Shown here piece by piece: positions 54,761-63,170 of a stretch of DNA of 64,000 bases (position 1 is its first letter; each line of letters begins with the position of its first letter). This stretch comes from Dehalococcoidia bacterium (GTDB lineage Bacteria; Chloroflexota; Dehalococcoidia; Lucifugimonadales; VXLM01), in assembly GCA_034423035.1 (NCBI GenBank), contig DAOUJF010000025.1, positions 349-64,348 of the forward strand, written 5' to 3'. The translations under genes were made by a program, and so were the position numbers. The notes beneath the pieces are model-generated. The model ran no database searches, had not been told where the DNA came from, and saw nothing but the letters and a program-made list of their open reading frames with translations.

Positions 54761-55417
54761 ATGAAGATCGATATTGCGGGCAATCCCGACTATGGGCAGT
54801 TGCACGTCACACTGGGCCCGGGCGAGCGGTTCATCGCCGAGGGCGGCTCGATGGCGTGGATGGACCCCGGGATTCAGTCGAAGGCCCGCTTGCTTGGCGG
54901 TTTCGTGAGCGCCCTCATTCGAAAGTTCACGGGTGGCGAATCGCTCTTCGTTGGCGAGTATTCCACCGACAAAGGTGGGAAGATCGCCTTCTCTCCCGCC
55001 CAGCCCGGATCGGTCTTGCAGAGGACGCTCAACGGTGACTCATTCATGCTTACCGGCGGGTCATTCATGGCTTGCACCCCCGGCGTGGAATTGAGCACGA
55101 AGTTCGGTGGAGGGCGGGCGCTCTTCTCCGGCGAGGGGCTGTTCCTCATGGAGTGCAGTGGCAGTGGGGATCTGTTCTTCAACGCCTACGGCTCGATCAT
55201 CGAGAAGGAGATCGACGGGTCGTTCATTGTCGATACGAGCCACGTGGTCGCATGGGAGCCGTCCCTCAGCTACTCCATTCAGGGTATGGGCGGTATCAAG
55301 AGTACCCTCCTCTCCGGGGAGGGCCTCGTGATGAAGTTCTCCGGCGCCGGGACCATTTACCTGCAAACACGAACGATGCCGGGGTTGGCCTCATGGCTGA
55401 CACCCTTCAGCGTATAG
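54761..55417 (+). CDS. AIM24/TIGR00266 (DUF124)-family protein, copy 1
   Basis: ..GERFIAEGGSMAWMD.., GGESLF, FSGEGLFLMECSG.G.LFFNAYGSI.., VDTSHVVAWE.., LSGEGLVMKFSG.GTIYLQ. Confidence 0.8.
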   Translation: MKIDIAGNPDYGQLHVTLGPGERFIAEGGSMAWMDPGIQSKARLLGGFVSALIRKFTGGESLFVGEYSTDKGGKIAFSPAQPGSVLQRTLNGDSFMLTGGSFMACTPGVELSTKFGGGRALFSGEGLFLMECSGSGDLFFNAYGSIIEKEIDGSFIVDTSHVVAWEPSLSYSIQGMGGIKSTLLSGEGLVMKFSGAGTIYLQTRTMPGLASWLTPFSV

Positions 55418-55451
55418 CTCATCGGCAGGTATCGAGAGGAAACGTTGCAAG

Positions 55452-56141
55452 ATGCAAATAGACATCCATGACAACGGCGCCTTCGGCTCGGCCCTCGTGC
55501 ATCTGGACCCGACGGAAGAGTTCGTATCCGAGGCGGGGGCGATGTTCCGCGCGTCCGACAACGTCGATATCGACGTGACGACCCGCAGCCGCAGCTCCGG
55601 CGGAATCATGTCGGGCATCAAGAGGATGATCGCAGGGGAGCACTTCTTCTTCTCGCGATACAGCGTGACGGACGGCCAGGACGCCGAGATCGGACTTGCG
55701 CCGATTCTGCAGGGTCAGGTCGCTCTGATCGAGTGCGACGGGGATGCGCGCTGGGTCTGCGCCGGAGGGAGCTACCTCGGCTCGGCCGTAGAACTGAACA
55801 TAGACACCCAGTTCCAGGGCTTGCGTGGAATGCTGTCGGGCGAGTCGTTGTCATTCCTCACTGTAGAGGGTAGGGGGCCGTTGTTGGTCAACGCTTTCGG
55901 GACGATCACGGAGTTGGAAGTGCAGGGCGGTCTCACCATCGATACGGGGCACGTCGTGGCGTTCGAGGACTCGTTGGACTACTCGGTCGGCAAGGCCGGA
56001 GGAAGCTGGATATCCTCGTTCCTGACCAGCGAGGGAATCGTCCTCCACTTCAGTGGATATGGACGTGTCTACGTTCAGAGCCACAACCCCGACGAGTTCG
56101 GCAGGACCCTCGGACCGCTGCTCCCGGACAGGAATTCGTAA
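55452..56141 (+). CDS. AIM24/TIGR00266-family protein, copy 2
   Basis: Same motif order: EAGAMF, GEHFFF, LSGESLSFLTVEGRGPLLVNAFG, IDTGHVVAFE, TSEGIVLHFSGYGRVYVQS. Confidence 0.8.
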   Translation: MQIDIHDNGAFGSALVHLDPTEEFVSEAGAMFRASDNVDIDVTTRSRSSGGIMSGIKRMIAGEHFFFSRYSVTDGQDAEIGLAPILQGQVALIECDGDARWVCAGGSYLGSAVELNIDTQFQGLRGMLSGESLSFLTVEGRGPLLVNAFGTITELEVQGGLTIDTGHVVAFEDSLDYSVGKAGGSWISSFLTSEGIVLHFSGYGRVYVQSHNPDEFGRTLGPLLPDRNS

Positions 56142-56815
56142 TGGACTACTTCATTCACTCGCGGCCAAGCTACAGTCTCGCGGAGGTCACCCTCAACCCC
56201 GGTGAACAGCTCGTTACCGAGTCGGGGGCGATGGCGTGGATGACTGACAATATGCGCGCGGAGACATCGGTAAGGGGCGGGATCATGTCGGGCCTGAGCC
56301 GAAGGGTGCTAGGCGGCGAGAGCTTCTTCCAAAACACCTACGAGGCGGAGGGCGCGCCCGGCGTCATCGGCCTCACCCAGGGACAGCCCGGCGATATTCT
56401 GGCATACGAGATGGACGGCGAAGAACTCCTCTTGGAGAAGGGAGCGTATCTGGCGTCCTCACCCGGTGTAACCACGAATTCCGATTTTCAAGGCCTGCGG
56501 GGACTCTTCAACGAGGGTATGTTCATCCTCCGCGTGACGGGCAAGGGGACGCTGTTCTTCAGCGCCTACGGCGACATCCAGGAGATCGAGGTGGATGGCG
56601 GATACATCGTCGACAACGGCCATGCCGTCGCCTGGGACTCCACTCTCGATTACCGGCTGACCCGCGCCAGGAAAATCCGCTCGTTCCTCTTCTCCGACCA
56701 GATCACCATGGAGTTCTCCGGCAGGGGCAGGCTCTGGGTGCAGTCCCGGAACCCCCGCTCCCTCTCGAACTGGGTGTACCCCTTCCGCAGCGTCAAGTCG
56801 TCCGACGACGGGTAG
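56141..56815 (+). CDS. AIM24/TIGR00266-family protein, copy 3
   Basis: ESGAMAWM, GGESFF, FNEGMFILRVTGKGTLFFSAYG, VDNGHAVAWD, FSGRGRLWVQS. TAATG overlap with copy 2. Confidence 0.8.
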   Translation: MDYFIHSRPSYSLAEVTLNPGEQLVTESGAMAWMTDNMRAETSVRGGIMSGLSRRVLGGESFFQNTYEAEGAPGVIGLTQGQPGDILAYEMDGEELLLEKGAYLASSPGVTTNSDFQGLRGLFNEGMFILRVTGKGTLFFSAYGDIQEIEVDGGYIVDNGHAVAWDSTLDYRLTRARKIRSFLFSDQITMEFSGRGRLWVQSRNPRSLSNWVYPFRSVKSSDDG

Positions 56816-57116
56816 GCTTGTCCCAACCTCTTCCCTGTAACCTGTTCATTATAGTGGGCAGTCTTCGTCTTCCGTCATTTCCATTTGGAAACTCGGACCA
56901 GGCGACCAAACACTCAACATAGTCCTTCTTGTACTATAGTCGCGCCGAATAGTCATAAGGTGGGAGCGATGTCGTAAGTGTCACTGAACAAGCTGGGTGG
57001 GGCCTGCGTGCTCATTGTTCTTGAACTCGGCCTCATGTCTCGGCCCGACGGCACGGAAGGGTGCGCGATGATTCTCCCCAAAAACAGATTTCACTAGATA
57101 AGGAAGCAGGAGAGCT

Positions 57117-58085
57117 ATGCAGCGAATAACCCGTGACCAGGCGATGAAGTATGAGTTCAATCGCAGTGACGAGCCCCTGATGCGCGTCGCACAGGGCGAG
57201 AGTTTCATCGTGGAGACCGAGGACGCCGGTTCCGGCCAGGTGCGGTCGGCCGATGTCGCGCCGCACATCATGGACTTCCCGACGCGAAACTTCGAGCCGC
57301 CGAAGGGCAATCCCATCGGAGGACCCGTCTTCGTGGAGGGAGCCGAGCGGGGCGACCTACTCGAGGTCACGATCGAGCGGATCATCGTCGACGATCAGGG
57401 ATTCACGAACTTCCGGCCAGGCCAAAGCCCCCTTGGTGACTCGTACAAGTGGCAGTCCCTGCGAGGCCCGTTCGTCCATATCATCAAGCACCTTCCGGGG
57501 CCGAGCGGGACGACCAGCGACGGGAAGGGCATCTTCAACGACAAGATCACGTGGGACCTCGCCCCGATGATCGGCACCATCGGCACCGCGCCCGACCGCG
57601 AAGTGGAGACCAGCGCCGTCGGGCAGGGGCCTTGGGGCGGCAATCTCGACGTGCGGGATGTGAAGGAAGGCACTCGCGTGTACCTGAACGTTTACCACGA
57701 GGGCGGTCTGCTCTATGTCGGGGACGTTCACGCCAGCCAGGGGGACACGGAGTTCTACGGCACCGCGGACGAGACCCGTGGTGAACTGACCCTCTCATGC
57801 CGCGTCATCAAGAACAAGCAGGTCCCGTTTGTGCGCCTGGAGAAGGACGACTCCATCGTCGCCCTCTACTCTTTCCGACCGCTGGAGGACGCGGTCAAGA
57901 GCGCCATCGAAAACCTCATGGAGTGGATGGTCACCGAGTACGGCGTCTCCGAGCGCGACGCGTACATGCACGCCTGCATCAACCCAGACTTCCGCGTGAA
58001 CGTCTACCAGATGGTCCGCATCGGCCGTATCCAGTACACCGTCGGTGCCGAGATCCCGAGGAAGTACCTCGTGCCGAGCGGGTGA
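57117..58085 (+). CDS. Acetamidase/formamidase-family amidohydrolase
   Basis: N-terminal ..VAQGESFIVETEDA.., ..GNPIGGPVFVEGAERGD.L.V.I.., ..GGNLDV.....G...YL.V..EGGL..VGD.HA.QGDGE-like motifs. Confidence 0.85.
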   Translation: MQRITRDQAMKYEFNRSDEPLMRVAQGESFIVETEDAGSGQVRSADVAPHIMDFPTRNFEPPKGNPIGGPVFVEGAERGDLLEVTIERIIVDDQGFTNFRPGQSPLGDSYKWQSLRGPFVHIIKHLPGPSGTTSDGKGIFNDKITWDLAPMIGTIGTAPDREVETSAVGQGPWGGNLDVRDVKEGTRVYLNVYHEGGLLYVGDVHASQGDTEFYGTADETRGELTLSCRVIKNKQVPFVRLEKDDSIVALYSFRPLEDAVKSAIENLMEWMVTEYGVSERDAYMHACINPDFRVNVYQMVRIGRIQYTVGAEIPRKYLVPSG

Positions 58086-58095
58086 GGGGGTGCTA

Positions 58096-58359
58096 ATGAA
58101 GAGGCCAGCGCATCCGGGCGCGATTGTACGGACAAGCATGGAAGCCGAGGGATGGACAGTGACTGAGTTCGCCCAGCGGTTGGGCGTTACCCGCGTTTCA
58201 GCTTCTCGTGTCGTCAATGGACGAGCGGGTATATCGCCCAGCATGGCGTTGGCCCTCGAACGCCTGGGTTGGTCGAGTGCAGACCACTGGCTACGCATGC
58301 AAGCCGGCTATGACCTCGCCCTCGAACGGGCAAGGCAAGCCCGCGAGGACGCCGCATGA
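58096..58359 (+). CDS. higA: HigA-family antitoxin (XRE-type HTH), no cognate toxin seen
   Basis: MKRPAHPGAIVRTSMEAEGWTVTEFAQRLGVTRVSASRVVNGRAGISPSMALALERL is the classic HigA/VapI pattern. Confidence 0.85.
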   Translation: MKRPAHPGAIVRTSMEAEGWTVTEFAQRLGVTRVSASRVVNGRAGISPSMALALERLGWSSADHWLRMQAGYDLALERARQAREDAA

Positions 58360-58461
58360 TCCCCGGGAAACTCGCTCCGGTGAGGGACGTCAAAGTGCAG
58401 ATTGCCTTACTCCTCAACGACGCATGAGGAAAAACGTGAGACACTAGCGACGGAAGCATCA

Positions 58462-58523
58462 GCCGCATCCGATACACCGTCGGCCCCGATATCCTACGCA
58501 ATACCTCGTACCGAGCGGGTGAG
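58462..58523 (+). pseudogene. Decayed duplicate of the last ~62 nt of the formamidase gene (compare 58024..58086)
   Basis: Hand alignment gives about 80% identity with one 1-nt deletion that breaks the frame. Both copies end in CCGAGCGGGTGAG. Confidence 0.75.
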
Positions 58524-58659
58524 TTCCCGACTGCGGTTAGCCAACAATCACTAGGTATGTCTGCTGTGTGATGCCTTTCAGGTCGGCAGGGTAATCCCCG
58601 TCACTGTATACTGATACCAACCACATCAATCCGTGTTCCGATGAGCAAAGGCATACAGG

Positions 58660-59034
58660 TTGGGCACATTTCAGGTGGAAGTACAGATCGGCGACACGAT
58701 CGCCGAAAATTGGGTCTCCTTGAGCGCCCTCGTGGACACGGGCGCGACCATGACCGCCGTGCCGGCATCGGTCTTGAGGCAGCTCGGCGTGGAACCAACC
58801 ACCCGCAAAGCGTTCCAGTTCGCCCAGGGCGAGATCAGGACAATGGACATCGGATACGCGCGACTGCGTGTTGAGGATCAAGAGATCATTTCACAGGTGC
58901 TGTTCAACGACGAGGGTACACCCGCCCTCCTCGGGGCTATCGCCCTTGAAAATGCCTTCTTGGGAGTCGACCGGTTGGCACAGCGCTTGGTTCCGATTCA
59001 TGGCCTTATGATGACACAGGCTCCCTCTCGATAA
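58660..59034 (+). CDS. Retropepsin-like (clan AA) aspartic protease domain protein
   Basis: LVDTGATMT catalytic DTGA motif and LLGAIALE flap/dimer segment. The TTG start is uncertain. Confidence 0.75.
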   Translation: MGTFQVEVQIGDTIAENWVSLSALVDTGATMTAVPASVLRQLGVEPTTRKAFQFAQGEIRTMDIGYARLRVEDQEIISQVLFNDEGTPALLGAIALENAFLGVDRLAQRLVPIHGLMMTQAPSR

Positions 59035-59055
59035 CTCCGGCGAGATGACAGAAAG

Positions 59056-59382
59056 ATGGTAGAGACGAGAACCCAACCGACCGCCACCGAGCAATGCATG
59101 ATTGATCCTATTGCCGTTGAACCGAGAGAGAACTACCGCATCTGGCTTCGTTACTCCGACGGTGCGGAGGGGGAGGTCGATCTGTCGGACCTGGCAGGCG
59201 GCGGAGTATTCAGTGCATGGGATGTTCGATCCTGTTTTGAAGCCGTTCACGTGACCGAATACGGCGCTATAGCATGGAGCGAAGAGTTGGAGCTATGCCC
59301 CGATGCGCTGTATATGCGACTAACCGGCAAGACCGTCGGCGCGGTCATGCCGAGAGCGCTGGAAGTTCTCGGTAATGCCTGA
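59056..59382 (+). CDS. DUF2442 domain-containing protein
   Basis: ..VEPRENYRIWLRYSDGAEGEVDLS.......F......F..V.....G.I.W.....L.PD.LY pattern. The start could be the internal ATG at 59098. Confidence 0.75.
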   Translation: MVETRTQPTATEQCMIDPIAVEPRENYRIWLRYSDGAEGEVDLSDLAGGGVFSAWDVRSCFEAVHVTEYGAIAWSEELELCPDALYMRLTGKTVGAVMPRALEVLGNA

Positions 59383-59635
59383 AATCTGCCGATTCTACGG
59401 AATCGTCATCCAGATGTACTTTGATGACCATGCGCCCCCACATTTCCATGCCCGATACGGCGGCCGCCGCGCCGTAGTTAGCATAGACCCTCCAATTCTG
59501 CTGCATGGTAGCTTACCGGTCCGTGCCCGAGGCATGGTCATTGAGTGGGCGAGGATGCGCCGGAACGATTTGTTGCAATCGTGGGAACTTGCGCAGAGAA
59601 GAGAATCCCCGGGCAAAATCGCCCCTCTGGAATGA
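59375..59635 (+). CDS. DUF4160 domain-containing protein
   Basis: MPEICRFYGIVIQMYFDDHAPPHFHARYGG is the DUF4160 signature. 8-nt overlap with the DUF2442 gene. Confidence 0.85.
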   Translation: MPEICRFYGIVIQMYFDDHAPPHFHARYGGRRAVVSIDPPILLHGSLPVRARGMVIEWARMRRNDLLQSWELAQRRESPGKIAPLE

Positions 59636-59759
59636 CGACGATTGTTTGTAGCGCGGATGGTGTGCGGCTCGTGGGTCCCGTACTCCCTTTCAACCGTTGA
59701 AATCCCCGCCCCAGCGCCTTACCCTATCCTGCATCACGCAATCGGCGAAGGAGAGCCGC

Positions 59760-60950
59760 ATGGCATACACCGCAGTTAAGGACTTCCTGCAGGATGAGCT
59801 CGATTCAATTCGGGAGAGCGGCCTGTACAAGGAAGAGAAGATCATCAGGACTCCGCAGGGCGCGGAGGTCGACACGTCCAAGGGCCACGAGCTCATCATG
59901 TGCGCCAACAACTACCTCGGCCTGGCCGACAGCGAGGAGATCGAGCAGGCCGTCGTCGAAGGTCTCAAGACGCACGGATTCGGCATGGCGTCGGTGCGGT
60001 TCATCTGCGGAACGCAGGACATTCACAAAGAGCTCGAAGACAAGATTTCCGGTTGGTTCGGTACAGAGGCGACGATCCTGTACACCTCGTGCTTCGACGC
60101 GAATACCGGTCTGTTCGAGACCGTGCTGGGGCCGGAAGATGCCATCATCAGCGACGCCCTCAACCACGCGAGCATCATCGACGGCGTCCGGCTCTGCAAG
60201 GCTACTCGCAAAGTCTACAAGCACAACGACATGGGGGACCTTGAGGACAAGTTGAAGGAGACCCAGGACGCTCGATTCCGAATGATCGCCACCGACGGCG
60301 TCTTTTCCATGCAGGGCGACGAGGCCGACCTCGTCGGCATCTGCGACCTCGCCGAGAAGTACGACGCCATGGTCATGGTGGACGACTCTCACGCGACCGG
60401 GTTCCTCGGCCCAACGGGGCGTGGAAGTGTCGACAAGCAGGGCGTCATCGACCGCGTCGACGTGATTACCAGCACAATGGGCAAGGCTCTCGGCGGAGCG
60501 TCCGGCGGCTTCACGACAGGACGCAGGGAGATCATCGACATCCTTCGGCAGCGCTCCCGGCCGTATCTGTTCTCCAACACGTTGGCCCCGCCAATAGTGG
60601 TCGGCGCGCTCACTGCTCTCGACATCCTTCAGAACCGCCCTGAGCTGCGGGAGAGACTCCACGAAAACACGGACTACTTCCGAAGCAAGATGAACGACCT
60701 CGGCTTCGACATCGTACCGGGCGACCATCCCATCGTCCCCATCATGATCGGGGACGAGAAGAAGAATGTTGCCCTTGCGGAGGCGGTCAACGCCCGAGGC
60801 GTCTTCGTCGTGGCGTTCAGCTTCCCCGTCGTGCCTCGAGGAGAGGCCCGCATCCGCGTCCAGATGTCGGCGGCCCACACGCGAGAGCAGCTCGACCGCG
60901 CGCTCGCCGTATTCGAGGAGGCGGGCAGGGAGCAGGGTGTGATCAGCTAG
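59760..60950 (+). CDS. kbl: Glycine C-acetyltransferase (2-amino-3-ketobutyrate CoA ligase)
   Basis: Near-collinear with E. coli Kbl as recalled: [65 protein letters not shown] (PLP Lys), RPYLFSN. Confidence 0.93.
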   Translation: MAYTAVKDFLQDELDSIRESGLYKEEKIIRTPQGAEVDTSKGHELIMCANNYLGLADSEEIEQAVVEGLKTHGFGMASVRFICGTQDIHKELEDKISGWFGTEATILYTSCFDANTGLFETVLGPEDAIISDALNHASIIDGVRLCKATRKVYKHNDMGDLEDKLKETQDARFRMIATDGVFSMQGDEADLVGICDLAEKYDAMVMVDDSHATGFLGPTGRGSVDKQGVIDRVDVITSTMGKALGGASGGFTTGRREIIDILRQRSRPYLFSNTLAPPIVVGALTALDILQNRPELRERLHENTDYFRSKMNDLGFDIVPGDHPIVPIMIGDEKKNVALAEAVNARGVFVVAFSFPVVPRGEARIRVQMSAAHTREQLDRALAVFEEAGREQGVIS

Positions 60951-60994
60951 CACCGTCGCGTGGGGTAGCTTCCTATGCTCCGTTTAGGAGTTCG

Positions 60995-61036
60995 CCGTTC
61001 GGCCTACCCCGTTCACCCTGAGCTTGTCGAAGGGCG
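60995..61036. repeat. Family A repeat, copy A6 (inverted partial copy)
   Basis: CCGTTCGGCCTACCCCGTTCACCCTGAGCTTGTCGAAGGGCG, just after the kbl stop. Confidence 0.75.
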
Positions 61037-61074
61037 CAGTTCGACAGTTTCACAGTTAACGGCCTTCTGTACGC

Positions 61075-61863
61075 TCATTGTGGACACCCCGGCGGGTAGG
61101 TCCTAGACGAGACCAGCGTCCCAGACTTGTCAAAGAGTCCTGCCGTGTCTGGTTCTGAGTTGCTCCAGATTGCCGTCCCGTGACCGAAGCTCAGCCCGCC
61201 CCAGTCTTCGTGCACCTCATTTGTGTACACCCGCAAGCGTTCTCCCGCCCTAATTTCCAAAGCGGGAAACTCAAACGCCGGACCATCGTCCGACACGTCG
61301 ATAAGTTGCCATCCCTCAAGATCTTGGGCCTCGGTGCCGCTGTTGACGATCTCCACATACTCGTCGGGCTCCTGCCTAGACACCACTCCGTCGAAGAAGA
61401 CGCACAGAATTGTCACCCCACCGTCCGCATCTTCGGTCGTGGTCACAGTTGGAGTCTCCGTGGGTGTGGGCGTCGGCGTTGGCGTTTCCACCGAATCCGT
61501 AGCAGGGAGTGGGGTTGTTGTCGCGGTAGGCGGACTTGTGGGAATTGGCGTCGGTGGGGTGTCTGCTTGTGCAGTGGGAGTTGTAGTCGGAGTGCTTGAA
61601 ACCGCGGGGGTAGGAGTCGGAACCGGCGAGTTCGTCGGTACGGCAATGACTGTTGGAATGCCGGTTGGACTGGGAGAGGGTTCCGGCGTGCTGGTCGCTA
61701 TGGGTACGAGAAATGGTGTGCTCGTGGGTTCAGCAGTCGCTGTTGGTCCCAATGTAGGAGCTTGAGTGGGAACGGTCTGCGGCTCGTCTGACTGTCCGCA
61801 CGCGACTAGCGAGAGCGCAACGAGCACCAGTGTCGAATGGAGCAAAGTTGGAAGACGATTCAA
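61075..61863 (-). CDS. Lipoprotein with Pro/Thr-rich linker and C-terminal lamin-tail (LTD) domain
   Basis: Signal with lipobox LVAC, about 130 aa of PT-rich low complexity, then EYVEIVNSGTEAQDLEGWQL..RVYT LTD pattern. The TTG start is uncertain. Confidence 0.7.
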   Translation of the reverse strand: MNRLPTLLHSTLVLVALSLVACGQSDEPQTVPTQAPTLGPTATAEPTSTPFLVPIATSTPEPSPSPTGIPTVIAVPTNSPVPTPTPAVSSTPTTTPTAQADTPPTPIPTSPPTATTTPLPATDSVETPTPTPTPTETPTVTTTEDADGGVTILCVFFDGVVSRQEPDEYVEIVNSGTEAQDLEGWQLIDVSDDGPAFEFPALEIRAGERLRVYTNEVHEDWGGLSFGHGTAIWSNSEPDTAGLFDKSGTLVSSRTYPPGCPQ

Positions 61864-61881
61864 TCTGGTCGTACACCCACG

Positions 61882-62934
61882 CTACGCCAATACTCGGACC
61901 GTTCCTGAGGTACCGTCGGTGATGCGCCCGACAACCGCCGCTGCCGAAACCCTCCGCCCCTCAAGCTCCGCAAGAAGCGCATCCTTGCGTTCCTCCGAGA
62001 CTGCAATCAGCAGCCCGCCTGATGTCTGGGCGTCGCACAGAAGCAGCTTCTCATGCTCTTGAAGTTCCGCAGCCCACTCCACAGATTCCTCTGCTGCGTT
62101 CCGATTACGCTGCGTTCCTCCGGGAACGATTCCGTCCGCAGCCAGGCTCTCCGCCCCGTCAAGGAGCGGAACGCTTTTGAAAGAAAGTTCCGCTGAGACG
62201 TTGCTTGCGTTGAGCATTCCGAGAAGGTGCCCGATGAGGCCGAAACCCGTTACATCCACGCAGGCATTGACCCCCACTGCGACCATTGCCTCCGAAGCGG
62301 CTTTGTTCAGGACACTCATCACTTCTATCGCGCCGTCCAAAACATCTGAACTCGCCTGCTCACGCTTCCCCGCAGTCGTGATGATGCCGGTGCCTATCGG
62401 CTTGGTCAGCACGAGCGCGTCGCCCGGCCTCGCGCCCGCATTCGTGATCTGCTTGCCCGGCTGCACGGTGCCCGTCACCGCCATCCCGTACTTGGGCTCC
62501 GCGTCGTCGACCGTATGCCCACCGATGATGAGCACACCCGCCTCCTCAGCTTTGGCAGCTCCCCCTTGCAGTACCTGACCGAGGATCTCCTTCGGAAGAT
62601 CGACCGGGAAACCTACGACATTAAGGGCAAGCAGGGGCCGTCCGCCCATCGCGTAAACATCGCTGAACGCGTTGGCGGCCGCGATCGCCCCAAACCAATA
62701 GGGGTCGTCGACGACCGGCGGGAAGAAGTCCACCGTCTGGACGAGCGCCGTGTCCTCCGTCAACCGGTAGACGGCGGCATCGTCTGCTGTGTCGACTCCG
62801 ACGAGCAGGTTGGGGTCACGTACAGGTGGTAGCTGGCGCAGCACCTGCGCCAGGTCGCTGGGACTGAACTTACCCGCTCAGCCCGCGCAGTGGGCCAGGG
62901 TGGTCAGCCGCAGTCCTTCGTGACTGTGCTCCAC
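61882..62934 (-). CDS. selD: Selenide, water dikinase (selenophosphate synthetase), selenocysteine-containing form
   Basis: DPNLLVG..DDAAVY and FFPPVVDDPY.FG.IAA.NA.SDVYAMGG motifs. Upstream, the same frame reads LRLTTLAHCAG-TGA-AGKFSP, matching the SelD Gly-rich loop with UGA at the catalytic Cys/Sec position. AGGAGG lies 5 nt before GTG 62934. Alternative ATG at 62958. Confidence 0.85.
62833..62853 (-). promoter_or_regulatory. SECIS-like hairpin CTGGCGCAG-gtg-CTGCGCCAG, 24 nt downstream of the selD UGA
   Basis: 9-bp perfect inverted repeat read directly. The apical GGUG-containing loop is about 33 nt from the UGA, within the usual bacterial SECIS range as I recall it. Confidence 0.55.
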
Positions 62935-63170
62935 GAGCGCCTCCTTCTTCGAGTGCATCGACTATATCACAGAGGCATTCGACGCTACTTGGTGCGACAG
63001 AGCGTCTGGGCGGAGAGGCCAAGGCCGCCTTTTGCCGAATGAGTGTGTAGGCAAGAGCGAGTCGTCATCACATGCGCGCCGGGCTACCGGTATAATACCG
63101 CCGCAAACGATTGCGTCGATAAACGATTCCCTGAATCCGCGAGCGGTCTATTGACCGCAGGGAGAATGCC

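Noticed and set aside
57900-58660. HigB toxin partner for higA
   Set aside because: Upstream of higA is the formamidase 3-prime end. Downstream there is no plus-strand ORF with RBS before 58660, and the minus-strand ORFs there are shadows or overlap the duplicated segment.
59805-60953. 382-aa ORF antisense to kbl; likewise 25617..26543, 37470..38378, 45859..46809, 47320..48213, 39981..40883, 53552..54370
   Set aside because: Each lies opposite a gene with strong family signatures. This is the typical high-GC antisense open frame.
13052-61036. Dispersed repeats as a CRISPR array
   Set aside because: The copies are scattered over about 48 kb in separate intergenic regions, in both orientations. 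They lack regular spacing and unique spacers, and no cas genes are present.
61400-61700. Apparent tandem DNA repeats rich in ACC/CCG/ACG
   Set aside because: This is the Pro/Thr-rich linker of the LTD lipoprotein, which is coding low complexity rather than a non-coding repeat element.
62878-62880. TGA in selD interpreted as a real stop (gene truncation or pseudogene)
   Set aside because: The upstream frame encodes the conserved SelD Gly-rich loop with the TGA at the catalytic Cys/Sec position. It has a strong RBS and a downstream hairpin, so selenocysteine recoding is the better explanation.
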